Assembly (NCBI GenBank): GCA_964449115.1
Contig: CAYUXW010000006.1
Span: 1,927-65,926, forward strand
DNA: 64,000 nucleotides
Source of the DNA: an uncultured Erysipelotrichaceae bacterium
GTDB lineage: Bacteria > Bacillota_I > Bacilli_A > Erysipelotrichales > Erysipelotrichaceae
Direction: 5' to 3'
Positions within the stretch are counted from its first letter, which is position 1, and every line of letters begins with the position of its first letter. Both the position numbers and the translations under genes were made by a program. Shown here piece by piece: positions 1 through 10,061 of this stretch. The notes under the pieces are model-generated. The model searched no databases. It was not told the DNA's origin and saw only the letters and a program-made list of their open reading frames with translations.

Positions 1-452
1 AAGACCCAAGAGAAACATTAGCTAAAAAACTTTGTCAGGATATACCAGAGAATGTCTGTGTTCTGGCATATTACAAATCTTTTGAATGTTCCAGAATAAA
101 AGAACTGGCGGAACAATTCCCAGAATTAAAAAGCCATCTACTAAATATTGAAAGCAATGTTAAAGATTTGCTGGATCCTTTCAAAAATGGTTATTATTAC
201 AACAAAGATATGGGTGGTTCATTCTCTATTAAAAGTGTTCTTCCAGCTATTTTTCCAAATGACCCAGAATTAAATTATGATAATTTACAGCAGGTTCAAA
301 ACGGAACAGATGCTATGACCATTTTTTCAAAACTTGAGGAAATGAAACCAGATGAGCAAAAGATTGCTAGAGAAAATTTATTGAAATATTGTAAACTTGA
401 CACATATGCCATGGTGAAAATATGGCAAGAGTTGGTTCGTGTTTCATCATAA
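1..452 (+). CDS. DUF2779-like protein, 3' part only (reading frame is open from the window edge, frame of position 3)
   Basis: Frame is open from nt 3 to TAA at 450-452. The C-terminal sequence ...GGSFSIKSVLPAIFP...LDTYAMVKIW resembles the conserved C-terminus of DUF2779 proteins as I recall it. Confidence 0.6.
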   Translation, partial: DPRETLAKKLCQDIPENVCVLAYYKSFECSRIKELAEQFPELKSHLLNIESNVKDLLDPFKNGYYYNKDMGGSFSIKSVLPAIFPNDPELNYDNLQQVQNGTDAMTIFSKLEEMKPDEQKIARENLLKYCKLDTYAMVKIWQELVRVSS

Positions 453-593
453 TTCCAATAACTTTAATATGTTTATATATTGCTGAAATGTTTGTTTCCT
501 TATTATCTATTATTTTAACTTTGACTAATTATTTATTTTTTAAACATTGGATTTCCGATATTTCCATCATTCCAAATTAATGAGGTGATTTTT

Positions 594-1496
594 ATGCGAG
601 AATGTTCCATACACATGAATTTTAAAGGTGATGATGATTTTTTTGATCCAGTAAGAGCAAAACAGTATAGTGAACTGATTAAAAAGCTGAACATCAAATA
701 CATTAACACCAAATGGAATGAAGAATTATATTTTAAACCAAACAGACCTGATGTTATATCTGTAAAAAAGATCAGAGATTTCTGTTTAGAAAACAATGTT
801 ACAATCACTTCTTTCCATTATTATGGTCCCGTTTTCCAACATGATGGTATTGACCAGAGTTTTTGTCGTGGACTTATGAAACAAAGCATAGATTTATACA
901 GTCTGTTAAAACCTCAGGTAATGGTTGTTCATCCAGGTAATCTGTCACTGGGCAGATCTCCAGAACACAAAAAAGCTTACCAGGAAGCCTTAAAAATATT
1001 TACACCTGATCAGATTCATCAGATAATAGTGGATAATTTCCGTTACTTTGGTGATATCGCTCAAGAAAAAGGCATAAAAATTGCCTTGGAAAATATCTTC
1101 GGTGGTAGATTCTATAGTCAAATAGATGATTTAGTAAAGTTAGTTAGTGACATCAACCATCCTAATGTTGGCTATTGTTTTGATTGTGGACATGGCAATA
1201 TTGATAAGGTCAATCATGCTGAAACAATCAGGATTATGGGTGATAAACTTTTTGAATTGCATTTACATGATAATGATGGTACCAAAGACAGTCATTTACC
1301 GATTGGATTTGGAACGATTGATTATGTTGAAATTATTAAAGCTCTTAATGATATCAACTATCAGAATACCGCTACCTTTGAATTCTTTCGCTGGCCAACA
1401 GAAGATCGAATTAAAGGAGTAAAAAATGCTATTGAGTTTTATCAGACTTTAGAAAAAATAGCTGCAGAAGGATATAAAAATAATCAATGGAAGTAA
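594..1496 (+). CDS. Sugar phosphate isomerase/epimerase (xylose isomerase-like TIM barrel, AP endonuclease 2 family)
   Basis: 300 aa from the ATG at 594, preceded by GAGGTG; the tracked GTG at 585 lies inside that RBS. Metal-ligand-like pattern HPG...ALEN...FDCGH...LHLHDN is typical of this fold. Confidence 0.75.
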   Translation: MRECSIHMNFKGDDDFFDPVRAKQYSELIKKLNIKYINTKWNEELYFKPNRPDVISVKKIRDFCLENNVTITSFHYYGPVFQHDGIDQSFCRGLMKQSIDLYSLLKPQVMVVHPGNLSLGRSPEHKKAYQEALKIFTPDQIHQIIVDNFRYFGDIAQEKGIKIALENIFGGRFYSQIDDLVKLVSDINHPNVGYCFDCGHGNIDKVNHAETIRIMGDKLFELHLHDNDGTKDSHLPIGFGTIDYVEIIKALNDINYQNTATFEFFRWPTEDRIKGVKNAIEFYQTLEKIAAEGYKNNQWK

Positions 1497-1573
1497 AATT
1501 AATAAACTGACAATTAGACATTAAAACAGTCTATTTATCAGTAAAATAACTATTATCAATGGGGAAGAATTAG

Positions 1574-2443
1574 ATGAAAAAGAATTTTGTTAAACAGTTT
1601 ACAAAAATGGTTATTGGTTTTTCTTTTTCTCTTTCTCTACTCTTTTTGCTTCACTATTTCAAAGAACTTGATACAATAGAGGAACCCTCTTTACCAAGTT
1701 ATGAAATTATAGAAGAGTTGGGTTATTATAAGCCATATAGCCGACTGCTGTTTAAAAATATCGATATTGCCAAAGCTGCTATTTCACTGGCAACAATGGA
1801 TAATTCAGATGGTACTGAAAAACTGTGGTTTACACGCTGGGGATTAAGTGATTTAAAAAAACATGTTGGTATCCCAGGTTACTGTCCAGAAACTTTTATT
1901 AAAGTAGCTCCTCAATTAACTGACATTCTATACTATATGGACTACTCCAAACACAATACCGGTAGATGGTGCAGCATTTCGTATTGTCTATATGCCAGTT
2001 GTGATTTCAATGTTGCTTTAGCTATCTGGTGGAGTGGTGCAGATGACAATTTCCCTGCTTATTTAGGGTGTATGGGAGAATTCAGACCAAACTTCACTTC
2101 TGGGCAAACTGGATATCTTATTCACGATTATAGTCAGGGTATGTGGATACAGCTACAGCCTGGCTCTAAAATTCTACCAGGAGATATTGCGCTGGGAAGA
2201 GATGAAGATGGTTATATTGGACATATATGGATGTATCTGGCGATTTGGGAAAATGGCAGATGGCTGGATAATTCACTGGTTCAAGAAAAATTCCCTGACT
2301 CTAAAGCTAATAGATACGAAGGCAGTTATGAACAATACTATGCCAAAATAGGTTACGATGAAAATCCTTGGTTAAGTTCAGCCTATATTTTCCGATTCAC
2401 AGGTACCATTGACCAGTTCAGTGAATTTAAGTCGGTAAAATAA
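1574..2443 (+). CDS. N-terminally membrane-anchored hypothetical protein, possibly papain-fold (NlpC/P60-like)
   Basis: 289 aa with an N-terminal hydrophobic helix. GDIALGRDEDGYIGHIWMY resembles the His-region of NlpC/P60 enzymes and a Cys-rich stretch lies upstream. The assignment is weak. Confidence 0.4.
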   Translation: MKKNFVKQFTKMVIGFSFSLSLLFLLHYFKELDTIEEPSLPSYEIIEELGYYKPYSRLLFKNIDIAKAAISLATMDNSDGTEKLWFTRWGLSDLKKHVGIPGYCPETFIKVAPQLTDILYYMDYSKHNTGRWCSISYCLYASCDFNVALAIWWSGADDNFPAYLGCMGEFRPNFTSGQTGYLIHDYSQGMWIQLQPGSKILPGDIALGRDEDGYIGHIWMYLAIWENGRWLDNSLVQEKFPDSKANRYEGSYEQYYAKIGYDENPWLSSAYIFRFTGTIDQFSEFKSVK

Positions 2444-2491
2444 AATACTATTCTGTGATATATAATCAAAATAATTAATTCGTAAATAGAG

Positions 2492-2522
2492 ATACCCAAT
2501 CAAACATAATTGGGTATTTCTT
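2492..2522. terminator. Hairpin between convergent genes (atacccaat-N8-attgggtat followed by a T-rich run)
   Basis: 9-bp perfect stem at 2492-2500/2509-2517 followed by ttctttaat. Confidence 0.6.
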
Positions 2523-2560
2523 TAATATGAAGTTTATTCTTTATGATTTTTTTAACAAGC

Positions 2561-3088
2561 TTAATTAGTAGTTTCAGTCTCCACTGCTTTTTCATTGCTT
2601 TTACTTTTTTTAAATGGATTATTTAAATACCTGTTTATCAATATCGCTACCATAATACCGATTGTCGTATCCAAAAATCTATTTACCACAAAGACAATTG
2701 GCAGCTGACCTGCTCGATTGATTACTATTGATAAATAAACCACACATCCTGTAGCTACTGAACCAAGTCTTTTAGTATAGACACAAATATAAATTACCGG
2801 AATCAAAAATATAGAAATCAGCAAATAACGCAGGGTATGATTTTCCAGCACATAAATATAATATTCAAACATTAAAAACAGATAACCGACAAGTGCTCCT
2901 ACTATCGTAGCTATAAACCTGTTAAGACCTACTCTAAAGGAATCCTCAGAATCTTTCTGCATGCATAACACAGCAGCGATAGCTGAGTAAAAAGGCGCAC
3001 TATTTTCTCTTAGCGAGCTGATTACTAAAGATAAAAATACCGCAATTATTGTTTTAATAGTTCTTAATCCTATAAATGGTTTTCTCAT
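2561..3088 (-). CDS. Aromatic acid exporter/FUSC-like integral membrane protein (short form)
   Basis: 175 aa with multiple hydrophobic helices. The N-terminus MRKPFIGLRTIKT... is typical of the ArAE/FUSC-like family. Confidence 0.5.
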   Translation of the reverse strand: MRKPFIGLRTIKTIIAVFLSLVISSLRENSAPFYSAIAAVLCMQKDSEDSFRVGLNRFIATIVGALVGYLFLMFEYYIYVLENHTLRYLLISIFLIPVIYICVYTKRLGSVATGCVVYLSIVINRAGQLPIVFVVNRFLDTTIGIMVAILINRYLNNPFKKSKSNEKAVETETTN

Positions 3089-3219
3089 ATTTACATTATA
3101 CTACAATTAAATTACTTTTGATTCCTTGTGATTACATTAACTTGTGAAAAATCGTGATTTTTATACAAGTATGATGTATAATAGTAAATAGATAAGTTTA
3201 TATAATATGTGGAGGATGT

Positions 3220-4011
3220 ATGAATATTGTTGTTTGTATTAAGCAGGTTCCCGGTACAACTAATGTAAAAGTAGATCCTGTTACAGGAGTTTTAATTCGT
3301 GATGGCATTCAATCCAAGATGAATCCCTATGATTTATATGCCCTGGAAACAGGATTACAGTTAAAAGAAAAAACTGATGGTAAAGTTACTGTCATCTCTA
3401 TGGGTCCCCCTGCTGCTTTAGAGATTCTAAAAGAAGCCATTTACATGGGAGCTGATGAAGGAATTTTAATCAGCGATAGAAAGTTTGGAGGGGCTGATGT
3501 TTTAGCTACCGCCTATACCCTTTCTCAGGCTATTAAAACCATCGCTAATGTCGATTTGATTTTAACCGGTAAGCATTCAACTGATGGTGATACCGGACAG
3601 GTTGGGGCTGAAACAGCTGAATTTTTAAATTTGCCACATTTCGGATATGTTTCTGATATTGAAATCAAAGGTGATAAGTTGCAGTTTTTCTCTAACTTAG
3701 ATACTACTATAATAAAAGCTACTATCACTTTACCTTGTGTTTTGTGCATTGATGGTGATGTTAATACTCCTAGACTTCCTTCCTATAAAAGAAAGGTTAG
3801 GTTTGCTGACTGTAAAGAACAGATCAGAATCATATCTTTTAATGACATGGAAGATCAAAACGAAAATAAATACGGCCTGAAAGGATCGGCAACCCAGGTT
3901 GAGAAAATCTTTAACCCAGAAAAAACAACCGACAGACTGGTTCTTCAAGGGACAAAAGAGCAAATTGCTGGTGACTTATTTAATGTTTTAAGAGAAAGGA
4001 AGTTTATCTAG
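3220..4011 (+). CDS. etfB: Electron transfer flavoprotein beta subunit
   Basis: 263 aa. MNIVVCIKQVP...NPYDLYALE...ISMGP is the classic EtfB signature. RBS is GGAGG. Confidence 0.9.
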   Translation: MNIVVCIKQVPGTTNVKVDPVTGVLIRDGIQSKMNPYDLYALETGLQLKEKTDGKVTVISMGPPAALEILKEAIYMGADEGILISDRKFGGADVLATAYTLSQAIKTIANVDLILTGKHSTDGDTGQVGAETAEFLNLPHFGYVSDIEIKGDKLQFFSNLDTTIIKATITLPCVLCIDGDVNTPRLPSYKRKVRFADCKEQIRIISFNDMEDQNENKYGLKGSATQVEKIFNPEKTTDRLVLQGTKEQIAGDLFNVLRERKFI

Positions 4012-4012
4012 T

Positions 4013-5209
4013 ATGGCTTTAAAAATTAATCATCATCTTGTTAATGAAGAAATCGCTAAAAAGTTAGTAGATATTTGTCCTTTTAAGGCAATTGAATACC
4101 AAAATAATAAACTATCAATAAATGCGGGCTGTAAAAATTGCAAGATCTGCGTTAAAAGAGGTCCTGCCGGTGTTATTGAAGATGTAAAAAACGAAATCAA
4201 AGAAATAGATAAGGACCAGTGGAAAAATATTGTCGTTTATGCCACCATTGAAGAAAATAAAGTACATAAAGTAACTTATGAACTGATTGGAAAAGCTAAA
4301 GAGTTAGCCCAGCTAATAAACCAGCAGGTACATGTTCTAGCTATTGGCTATAATTTATCTTATGCAGCTGAAAAAATCCTGCGCTATGGGGCTGATAAAG
4401 TCTTTCTCTATGACCATGAAAAACTACAACACTTTGATGTCGAAAGATATACCAATATCTTTGAAGATTTCATCAACAAAAATAAACCTTCTTCGATTTT
4501 ATTTGGAGCAACAAATATTGGCCGATCACTAGCGCCAAGAGTAGCAGCTAGATTTAGAACTGGTTTAACAGCTGACTGTACAGCTTTGGAAATAAAAGAA
4601 AACACTGATCTGGTTCAGATAAGACCAGCTTTTGGGGGAAACATTATGGCTCGTATAATCAATCCAAACCATCGTCCTCAGTTATGCACTGCTCGTTACA
4701 AGGTCTTTGATGCTCCAGAAAAAATAGCTACTCCTACAGGAACTGTTATTAACTGTATTGTTGAAGAAAAATGGTTAAAATCTAATGTTGAAATTCTGGA
4801 AATTATCAACAAGAAAAAAGAAGAAGATCTTTCAGAAAGTGAAATTATCATCGCTATCGGAAGAGGGGTTAAATCAAAAAAAGACTTTGAGCTTGTCTTT
4901 GAACTGGCGGATTTATTAAATGCTTCTGTAGGCTGCTCTAGACCTGTTGCTGAAGCTGGTCTGCTTGACTCCAAACATCAGATTGGCCTGTCAGGAAAAA
5001 CCGTAAAACCAAAGTTAATAATTACTCTGGGTATCTCTGGCTGTATTCAATTTACCACTGGGATGAAAGATGCTGAATGTATTATCGCCATAAACAATGA
5101 TCCATCTGCTCAGATATTTGATCTGGCACACTTTGCGGTATTAGGTGATATTTATGAAATAGTTCCAGAACTTATCAAAATCATTAAGGAGGAAAATCTC
5201 AATGTATAA
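4013..5209 (+). CDS. etfA: Electron transfer flavoprotein alpha subunit with N-terminal ferredoxin-like Cys cluster
   Basis: 398 aa. N-terminal CPFKAIE...CKNCKICV, followed by the EtfA/FixB core and the C-terminal FAD-binding region (IAIGISG...QHxxG-like). Starts 1 nt after the etfB stop. Confidence 0.9.
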   Translation: MALKINHHLVNEEIAKKLVDICPFKAIEYQNNKLSINAGCKNCKICVKRGPAGVIEDVKNEIKEIDKDQWKNIVVYATIEENKVHKVTYELIGKAKELAQLINQQVHVLAIGYNLSYAAEKILRYGADKVFLYDHEKLQHFDVERYTNIFEDFINKNKPSSILFGATNIGRSLAPRVAARFRTGLTADCTALEIKENTDLVQIRPAFGGNIMARIINPNHRPQLCTARYKVFDAPEKIATPTGTVINCIVEEKWLKSNVEILEIINKKKEEDLSESEIIIAIGRGVKSKKDFELVFELADLLNASVGCSRPVAEAGLLDSKHQIGLSGKTVKPKLIITLGISGCIQFTTGMKDAECIIAINNDPSAQIFDLAHFAVLGDIYEIVPELIKIIKEENLNV

Positions 5210-6596
5210 AACTTTTGACAACTTTGATTTAGCATATCTAAAAAGCATTGTTGATAATGATAGAATTTATGGCAAAGAAAATATTTCCAGCGATTTCTCA
5301 CATGATGAGCTGGGTACCTTGAAAAATTATCCTGATGTTTTAATCAAGGTGAAAACCGTTCAGGAAATTTCAGACATTATGAAATATGCCTACGAAAAAA
5401 ATATCCCTGTAACTGTTAGAGGTTCAGGAACAGGACTGGTAGGAGGGGCGGTTCCACTGGAAGGTGGAATTCTGCTTAACACTTCCCTGATGAATCAGAT
5501 TCTTGAACTGGATGAAAACAATTTCTCGATTACAGTAGAACCAGGAGTCTTACTGATGGATTTAGCTGCCTATGTAGAAGAAAATGACTTCTTTTACCCA
5601 CCTGATCCGGGAGAAAAATCAGCAACTATCGGGGGTAATATTTCTACCAATGCCGGTGGTATGAGAGCGGTTAAATATGGTGTAACCAGAGATTATGTCA
5701 GATCTCTTAAAGTAGTAATGCCTAATGGTGATATTGAAACCTTTGGTGGCAATGTCGTTAAAAACTCTTCTGGCTATTCTTTGAAGGACTTAATTATTGG
5801 TTCAGAAGGAACACTGGCGATTGTGGTTGAAGCTACTTTAAAGCTTTTGCCACTTCCTAATGAAAGTATTTCTTTGCTAGTACCATTTAAGACAATGCAA
5901 GAAGCTTTAGATGCTGTGCCTGAAATACTGCGCTCAAAAACCAATCCAACGGCTGTTGAATATATGTCAAAAGAAACTATTCTCAACAGTGAAAAATTTT
6001 TAGGCAAGAAATTTCCTGATACCAGATATGATGCTTACCTGTTATTAACCTTCGATGGAAATGATGTTAAATCAATTGAAGAAAACTATAGTAAAGTTGC
6101 TGATTTATGTCTTTCTTTAGGAGCAATTGATGCCTATTTCGTTGATACTGAAGAAAGAAAAAAATCAGTCTGGTCAGCCAGAGGAGCCTTTTTAGAAGCG
6201 ATTAAAGCTTCAACCGACAAGATGGATGAATGTGATGTTGTTGTACCAAAAGATAAGATTGCTGATTATATCAAGTACACTCACCAACTATCTAAAGAGT
6301 TAGATATCAGGCTTCCTTCCTTTGGCCATGCCGGAGATGGAAACCTGCATATCTATTTATGTAAAGACGGTATGGATGAACAGCTGTGGCAACAGAAGCT
6401 ACAATTAACATTTGAAAAACTATACCAGAAAGCTGAAGAAATGAATGGCCTTGTCTCTGGAGAACATGGTATCGGATATGCGAAAAAAGAATACCTAAAA
6501 GAAAGCTTAGGTGAAAATCAAATCAGACTGATGCAGGAAATTAAAAAAGTATTCGATCCTAAAAATATTTTAAATCCTGGTAAAATCTGTCAATAA
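5202..6596 (+). CDS. FAD-binding oxidoreductase of the GlcD/LctD (D-lactate dehydrogenase/glycolate oxidase) family
   Basis: 464 aa. Contains an FAD_binding_4-type region ([13 protein letters not shown]) and C-terminal GEHGIG. Overlaps etfA by 8 nt (ATGTATAA). Confidence 0.85.
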   Translation: MYKTFDNFDLAYLKSIVDNDRIYGKENISSDFSHDELGTLKNYPDVLIKVKTVQEISDIMKYAYEKNIPVTVRGSGTGLVGGAVPLEGGILLNTSLMNQILELDENNFSITVEPGVLLMDLAAYVEENDFFYPPDPGEKSATIGGNISTNAGGMRAVKYGVTRDYVRSLKVVMPNGDIETFGGNVVKNSSGYSLKDLIIGSEGTLAIVVEATLKLLPLPNESISLLVPFKTMQEALDAVPEILRSKTNPTAVEYMSKETILNSEKFLGKKFPDTRYDAYLLLTFDGNDVKSIEENYSKVADLCLSLGAIDAYFVDTEERKKSVWSARGAFLEAIKASTDKMDECDVVVPKDKIADYIKYTHQLSKELDIRLPSFGHAGDGNLHIYLCKDGMDEQLWQQKLQLTFEKLYQKAEEMNGLVSGEHGIGYAKKEYLKESLGENQIRLMQEIKKVFDPKNILNPGKICQ

Positions 6597-6602
6597 AAAC
6601 CC

Positions 6603-6627
6603 AACACCATCAGCTGATGGTGTTTTC
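6603..6627 (+). terminator. Rho-independent terminator after the etf-lctD cluster
   Basis: aacaccatcagctgatggtgtt palindrome followed by TTTT. Confidence 0.75.
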
Positions 6628-6684
6628 TATTGGATATTTCCTGATAAAAATATATAATTAAGAAGGAACTCGGGGGTAAATACT

Positions 6685-7341
6685 ATGATTTATGAACAAG
6701 TAATAAGAAATGAAGAAATAACTTCCTATATAAACAAAGCCAATGAAATTATGAAAGCCGCAGGTTATACCGATCACTCAAGAATACATACAGCCTATGT
6801 GGCTACCAGAGCTGGCTCTATTCTAAGACACTTTGATTGCAGTGAACACGAAATCGATTTAGTCAAAACTGCTGCCTATATGCATGACATCGGCAATTCA
6901 ATTGCTCGTAAACACCATGCTGAATATGGAGCTTTGCTAGCAAAAGACTTGCTGAAACAAATTGATATCTCTTTAAAAGATACCATAACTATTGTTGGAG
7001 CTATTGCCAATCATGATGAAAGCACAGGAATTGTTGTTGATAAAATTACTGCTGCTGTGATTATCGCTGATAAAAGTGATGTCAGAAGAGTTCGTGTTCA
7101 AAATTTCAATCCTGTCAATTTTGATATTCATGACCAGGTAAACTATTCAGTATTGAAAAATGAACTTACAATCAATGATGAAAATAAAAGTATCAATCTT
7201 CATCTAGAAATTGATACTGAAATCTGCTCAATGTATGAATATTTAGAAATATTTATGGACAGAATGCTGATGTGTCGAATGGCAGCTAAAACTTTTGACT
7301 GCTCTTTCCACCTGTATGTCAATTCAACTAAAATTTTGTAA
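6685..7341 (+). CDS. HD domain phosphohydrolase
   Basis: 218 aa with H...HD motif (AAYMHDIGN) and a downstream NHDE. Confidence 0.8.
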   Translation: MIYEQVIRNEEITSYINKANEIMKAAGYTDHSRIHTAYVATRAGSILRHFDCSEHEIDLVKTAAYMHDIGNSIARKHHAEYGALLAKDLLKQIDISLKDTITIVGAIANHDESTGIVVDKITAAVIIADKSDVRRVRVQNFNPVNFDIHDQVNYSVLKNELTINDENKSINLHLEIDTEICSMYEYLEIFMDRMLMCRMAAKTFDCSFHLYVNSTKIL

Positions 7342-7527
7342 ATAAAAAGCATATTCTTAATATTAAAGAAACAAATTCTGTTTTCTCTATTATTTATTAA
7401 TCAGCAAAACTTGTTTGGGGCAGATGGTATAAATAAGTTGTGGTGAAAGAAAAGGGTTATTCTAATAATTTCAATTTTAAATATCTAAAAAAGAGAATGT
7501 ATAGACGAAATATTAAGGTAGGATAAG

Positions 7528-7929
7528 ATGAAGAAAAGAGAAATTAACAAAGATGGGCTATTGATGTGCAATTTGCAAGCCAGAATATTTGAAAATTCAA
7601 TTAAAAAAGCCCAAGTAAGTTCAGAAATTTTTATTAGAAGATTTATGAACAGTGACGTGGCTAAACTTTTTGATAATGGTGCAATTCTACAATCGAATAT
7701 CCAGGAAGATGATGCTCTATATATGATCGAAAAACAATATGGAAAATCAAACTACGGAACAGTTAGATACTCTTCTAACGAAATGTATTGGATAGGATAC
7801 ATCTATCGATATTTCTGTTTCACTTATGATTTAACATCGACACAAGTCTATAAAATTATCAAGCCTAAAAAACTTAAAGGGTTGTATTTTGCCTACCATA
7901 CTTTAGACCCCGCTCAAGCCATTGAATGA
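7528..7929 (+). CDS. Hypothetical protein. Ends at TGA, but the frame stays open for 29 more sense codons up to TAA at 8017-8019.
   Basis: 133 aa with RBS AAGGTAGG. The post-TGA translation IIEANHSSFFDKYEIKKQYELFKKNRGKQ looks protein-like. Confidence 0.5.
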   Translation: MKKREINKDGLLMCNLQARIFENSIKKAQVSSEIFIRRFMNSDVAKLFDNGAILQSNIQEDDALYMIEKQYGKSNYGTVRYSSNEMYWIGYIYRYFCFTYDLTSTQVYKIIKPKKLKGLYFAYHTLDPAQAIE

Positions 7930-8049
7930 ATTATCGAAGCCAATCATTCTTCATTTTTTGATAAGTACGAAATTAAAAAACAATACGAACTTTTTAAAAA
8001 AAACAGAGGCAAGCAATAAAGATACCTCTATGGAATATATTAATTATAC

Positions 8050-8222
8050 TGACTAATAGAAAATTAATAATTCACTAAACATTAATCTTCATTCATTAAT
8101 TGATTCCTTGATTTGTTCAATATATGAATGTTTAGAAATCTTCATGGACAGAACGCTGATGTGCCAAAACATTTGACTGCTCTTTCCACCTGTATGTCAA
8201 CTCAACTAAAATCTTGTAAGTA
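8050..8222 (+). pseudogene. Degenerate duplicate of the last ~175 nt of the HD-domain gene (compare 7165-7345)
   Basis: Hand alignment shows 8121-8222 is about 90% identical to 7232-7345 apart from an 11-nt deletion. Homology fades 5' of about 8076. The copy includes the stop codon region ...cttgtaag taa. Confidence 0.65.
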
Positions 8223-8269
8223 AAAACAGGAATTTAAAGTTAAATCAACTTTATAAAACCTGTTTTTTT
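8223..8269. terminator. Bidirectional hairpin terminator between the HD-gene remnant and the convergent isomerase gene
   Basis: aaaacagg...cctgtttt stem with an internal taaagtt/aacttta sub-stem, followed by T7 on the plus strand. The minus-strand reading is also followed by a T-run. Confidence 0.6.
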
Positions 8270-8281
8270 GTGTTTTAATTA

Positions 8282-10021
8282 TCATTCTCTCACATAGGCT
8301 TTAAGGTACTTTATTTCTTCTCCATCTTTTTCTGGTTTAATAGTATATTCTTCAATACAGGCAGGAATAATAAAAGTTTCTACATAATGAACTGCAAAAG
8401 GGGCAAATTCATTATTTGGACTTTCAATTATAGCGCTGGTCCCATCTACCAGATTGAGTTGGTTAACTGTGTTGTTTGTTTTATGCAACACTTTATTTTT
8501 GGAAGTAAACACTCTTGTTTCAATAAACTCTAATTCATGTAAACCTGTTTTAACTTCTTTATATGCAGGGTTATCGACCAGCACTTTGAAGTTATTGACA
8601 AGATTTTTCTTAACCCAATCCGTTGTTCTATTCCACTGAATAACCTTTTTACCATCTTCAAGATGTATTGGACGAGGTAGACCATCTTTTCCCAGCCTAT
8701 TCCAATCCCATAATTTAAAGGTAAAAATATATGGTGTAGCACTGATTTCTAAAACCATGCAATCAGCTGATGAACAGTGAATGGTTCCTGCTGGAATTAA
8801 ATAATGATCGTGTTTTGATGCCTTAAATCTATTTACATATTTATCAGCTTCAAAACTTTTTCCACCATCTTGGGCATTTTCCAAATCAAAAATCATTTCT
8901 TCCTTGTTAATTCCTTCTTTTAGACCTAGATAAACTCCACCATTGTTCTGGCAGTCCAAAATATAGTAGCTTTCATCCTGGGTATATGACATACCAAATT
9001 TTGATTTTATATATTCATTTAAAGGATGAACCTGTAAGCTTAAATTCTGTCCTTCCATCGTATCTAGAAAATCAAATCTAATAGGATATTCTGCTCCGAA
9101 ACGACTGTAAATATTTGGACCTAATAGTTCATTAGGCTGATATTTAACTAGATTCATTGCTGGTGTTTCTACTTTAATATTGCCATATTTTAAGAAAAGA
9201 CTGTTTTCTTCAGGAACTCCATCAAAACTCCAGGCATAATTATCTTTCTCTTTATCTAAATTGCAGACTTCCTTCATCCATTGTCCACCCCATACTTCTG
9301 AATCGAAATAAGGAACAAGTCTAAATGGTTGTTTTACAATCTGTTTTAATCCACCTCTTATTGCTTCACCTGTTACCATTTTAGGATTATTTTCAACATT
9401 TGTATCTAAATAGAAATCAATCTTATCAAATAATTCAAATTTAAGTTTATCAGCAATTCTCCACTCTACAAAATAACCGCGCTTGTACTTTTTCAAATTG
9501 TCTTCGTTCTCATTATGACACTTATAATTTGGCCTTCCTTTACGATATCTAAGTTGAGCCTGCCATCTTGTCAAATCAGCATAAACTAAAACATCTCCCT
9601 GACTTATCAGTGATGCAGCAAATCCATATATGATAGTCAAACCGTCTTCTTTAATTTCCTGTTTAGCCTTTTTTAGTTTTTCCTTATCAATAAAATCATT
9701 AACTTTGCCATAATACATAAAACCTCTAACTCGATCTTCAGTTAAGACATCTTTCAGCATTTCATCTAATTTATCACTATCATAAAAAATATCAATGCTC
9801 TTTATTATTCTTTCAGCTTTAAATCTTTTGGAAATCTCTGTTAACACTTCCTCATCAATTACTCCAGGATATGTTTCAATAACAAGAACATTTTTCTCAT
9901 TTAGCTTCTCTTCTATTGCCAGACAAATATCATCATACCCTGACCAGGCGCATTTATCATAACCAAAAATAACCGTCTGTGGATACTTGTCATAGTTTGA
10001 TTTTCGATTCAGATACTTCAT
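8282..10021 (-). CDS. Long-form class I mannose-6-phosphate isomerase-like protein (C-terminal PMI cupin, ~250-aa uncharacterised N-terminal region)
   Basis: 579 aa from the ATG at 10021, preceded by AAGGAGG; the tracked 619-aa start is an upstream extension. LSLQVHP...ESYYILD...PAGTIH are PMI type I motifs. Stop is TGA followed immediately by TAA. Confidence 0.7.
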   Translation of the reverse strand: MKYLNRKSNYDKYPQTVIFGYDKCAWSGYDDICLAIEEKLNEKNVLVIETYPGVIDEEVLTEISKRFKAERIIKSIDIFYDSDKLDEMLKDVLTEDRVRGFMYYGKVNDFIDKEKLKKAKQEIKEDGLTIIYGFAASLISQGDVLVYADLTRWQAQLRYRKGRPNYKCHNENEDNLKKYKRGYFVEWRIADKLKFELFDKIDFYLDTNVENNPKMVTGEAIRGGLKQIVKQPFRLVPYFDSEVWGGQWMKEVCNLDKEKDNYAWSFDGVPEENSLFLKYGNIKVETPAMNLVKYQPNELLGPNIYSRFGAEYPIRFDFLDTMEGQNLSLQVHPLNEYIKSKFGMSYTQDESYYILDCQNNGGVYLGLKEGINKEEMIFDLENAQDGGKSFEADKYVNRFKASKHDHYLIPAGTIHCSSADCMVLEISATPYIFTFKLWDWNRLGKDGLPRPIHLEDGKKVIQWNRTTDWVKKNLVNNFKVLVDNPAYKEVKTGLHELEFIETRVFTSKNKVLHKTNNTVNQLNLVDGTSAIIESPNNEFAPFAVHYVETFIIPACIEEYTIKPEKDGEEIKYLKAYVRE

Positions 10022-10061
10022 AGCTAGCCTCCTTAAACAGTTATTAATAAAAATTATTATT

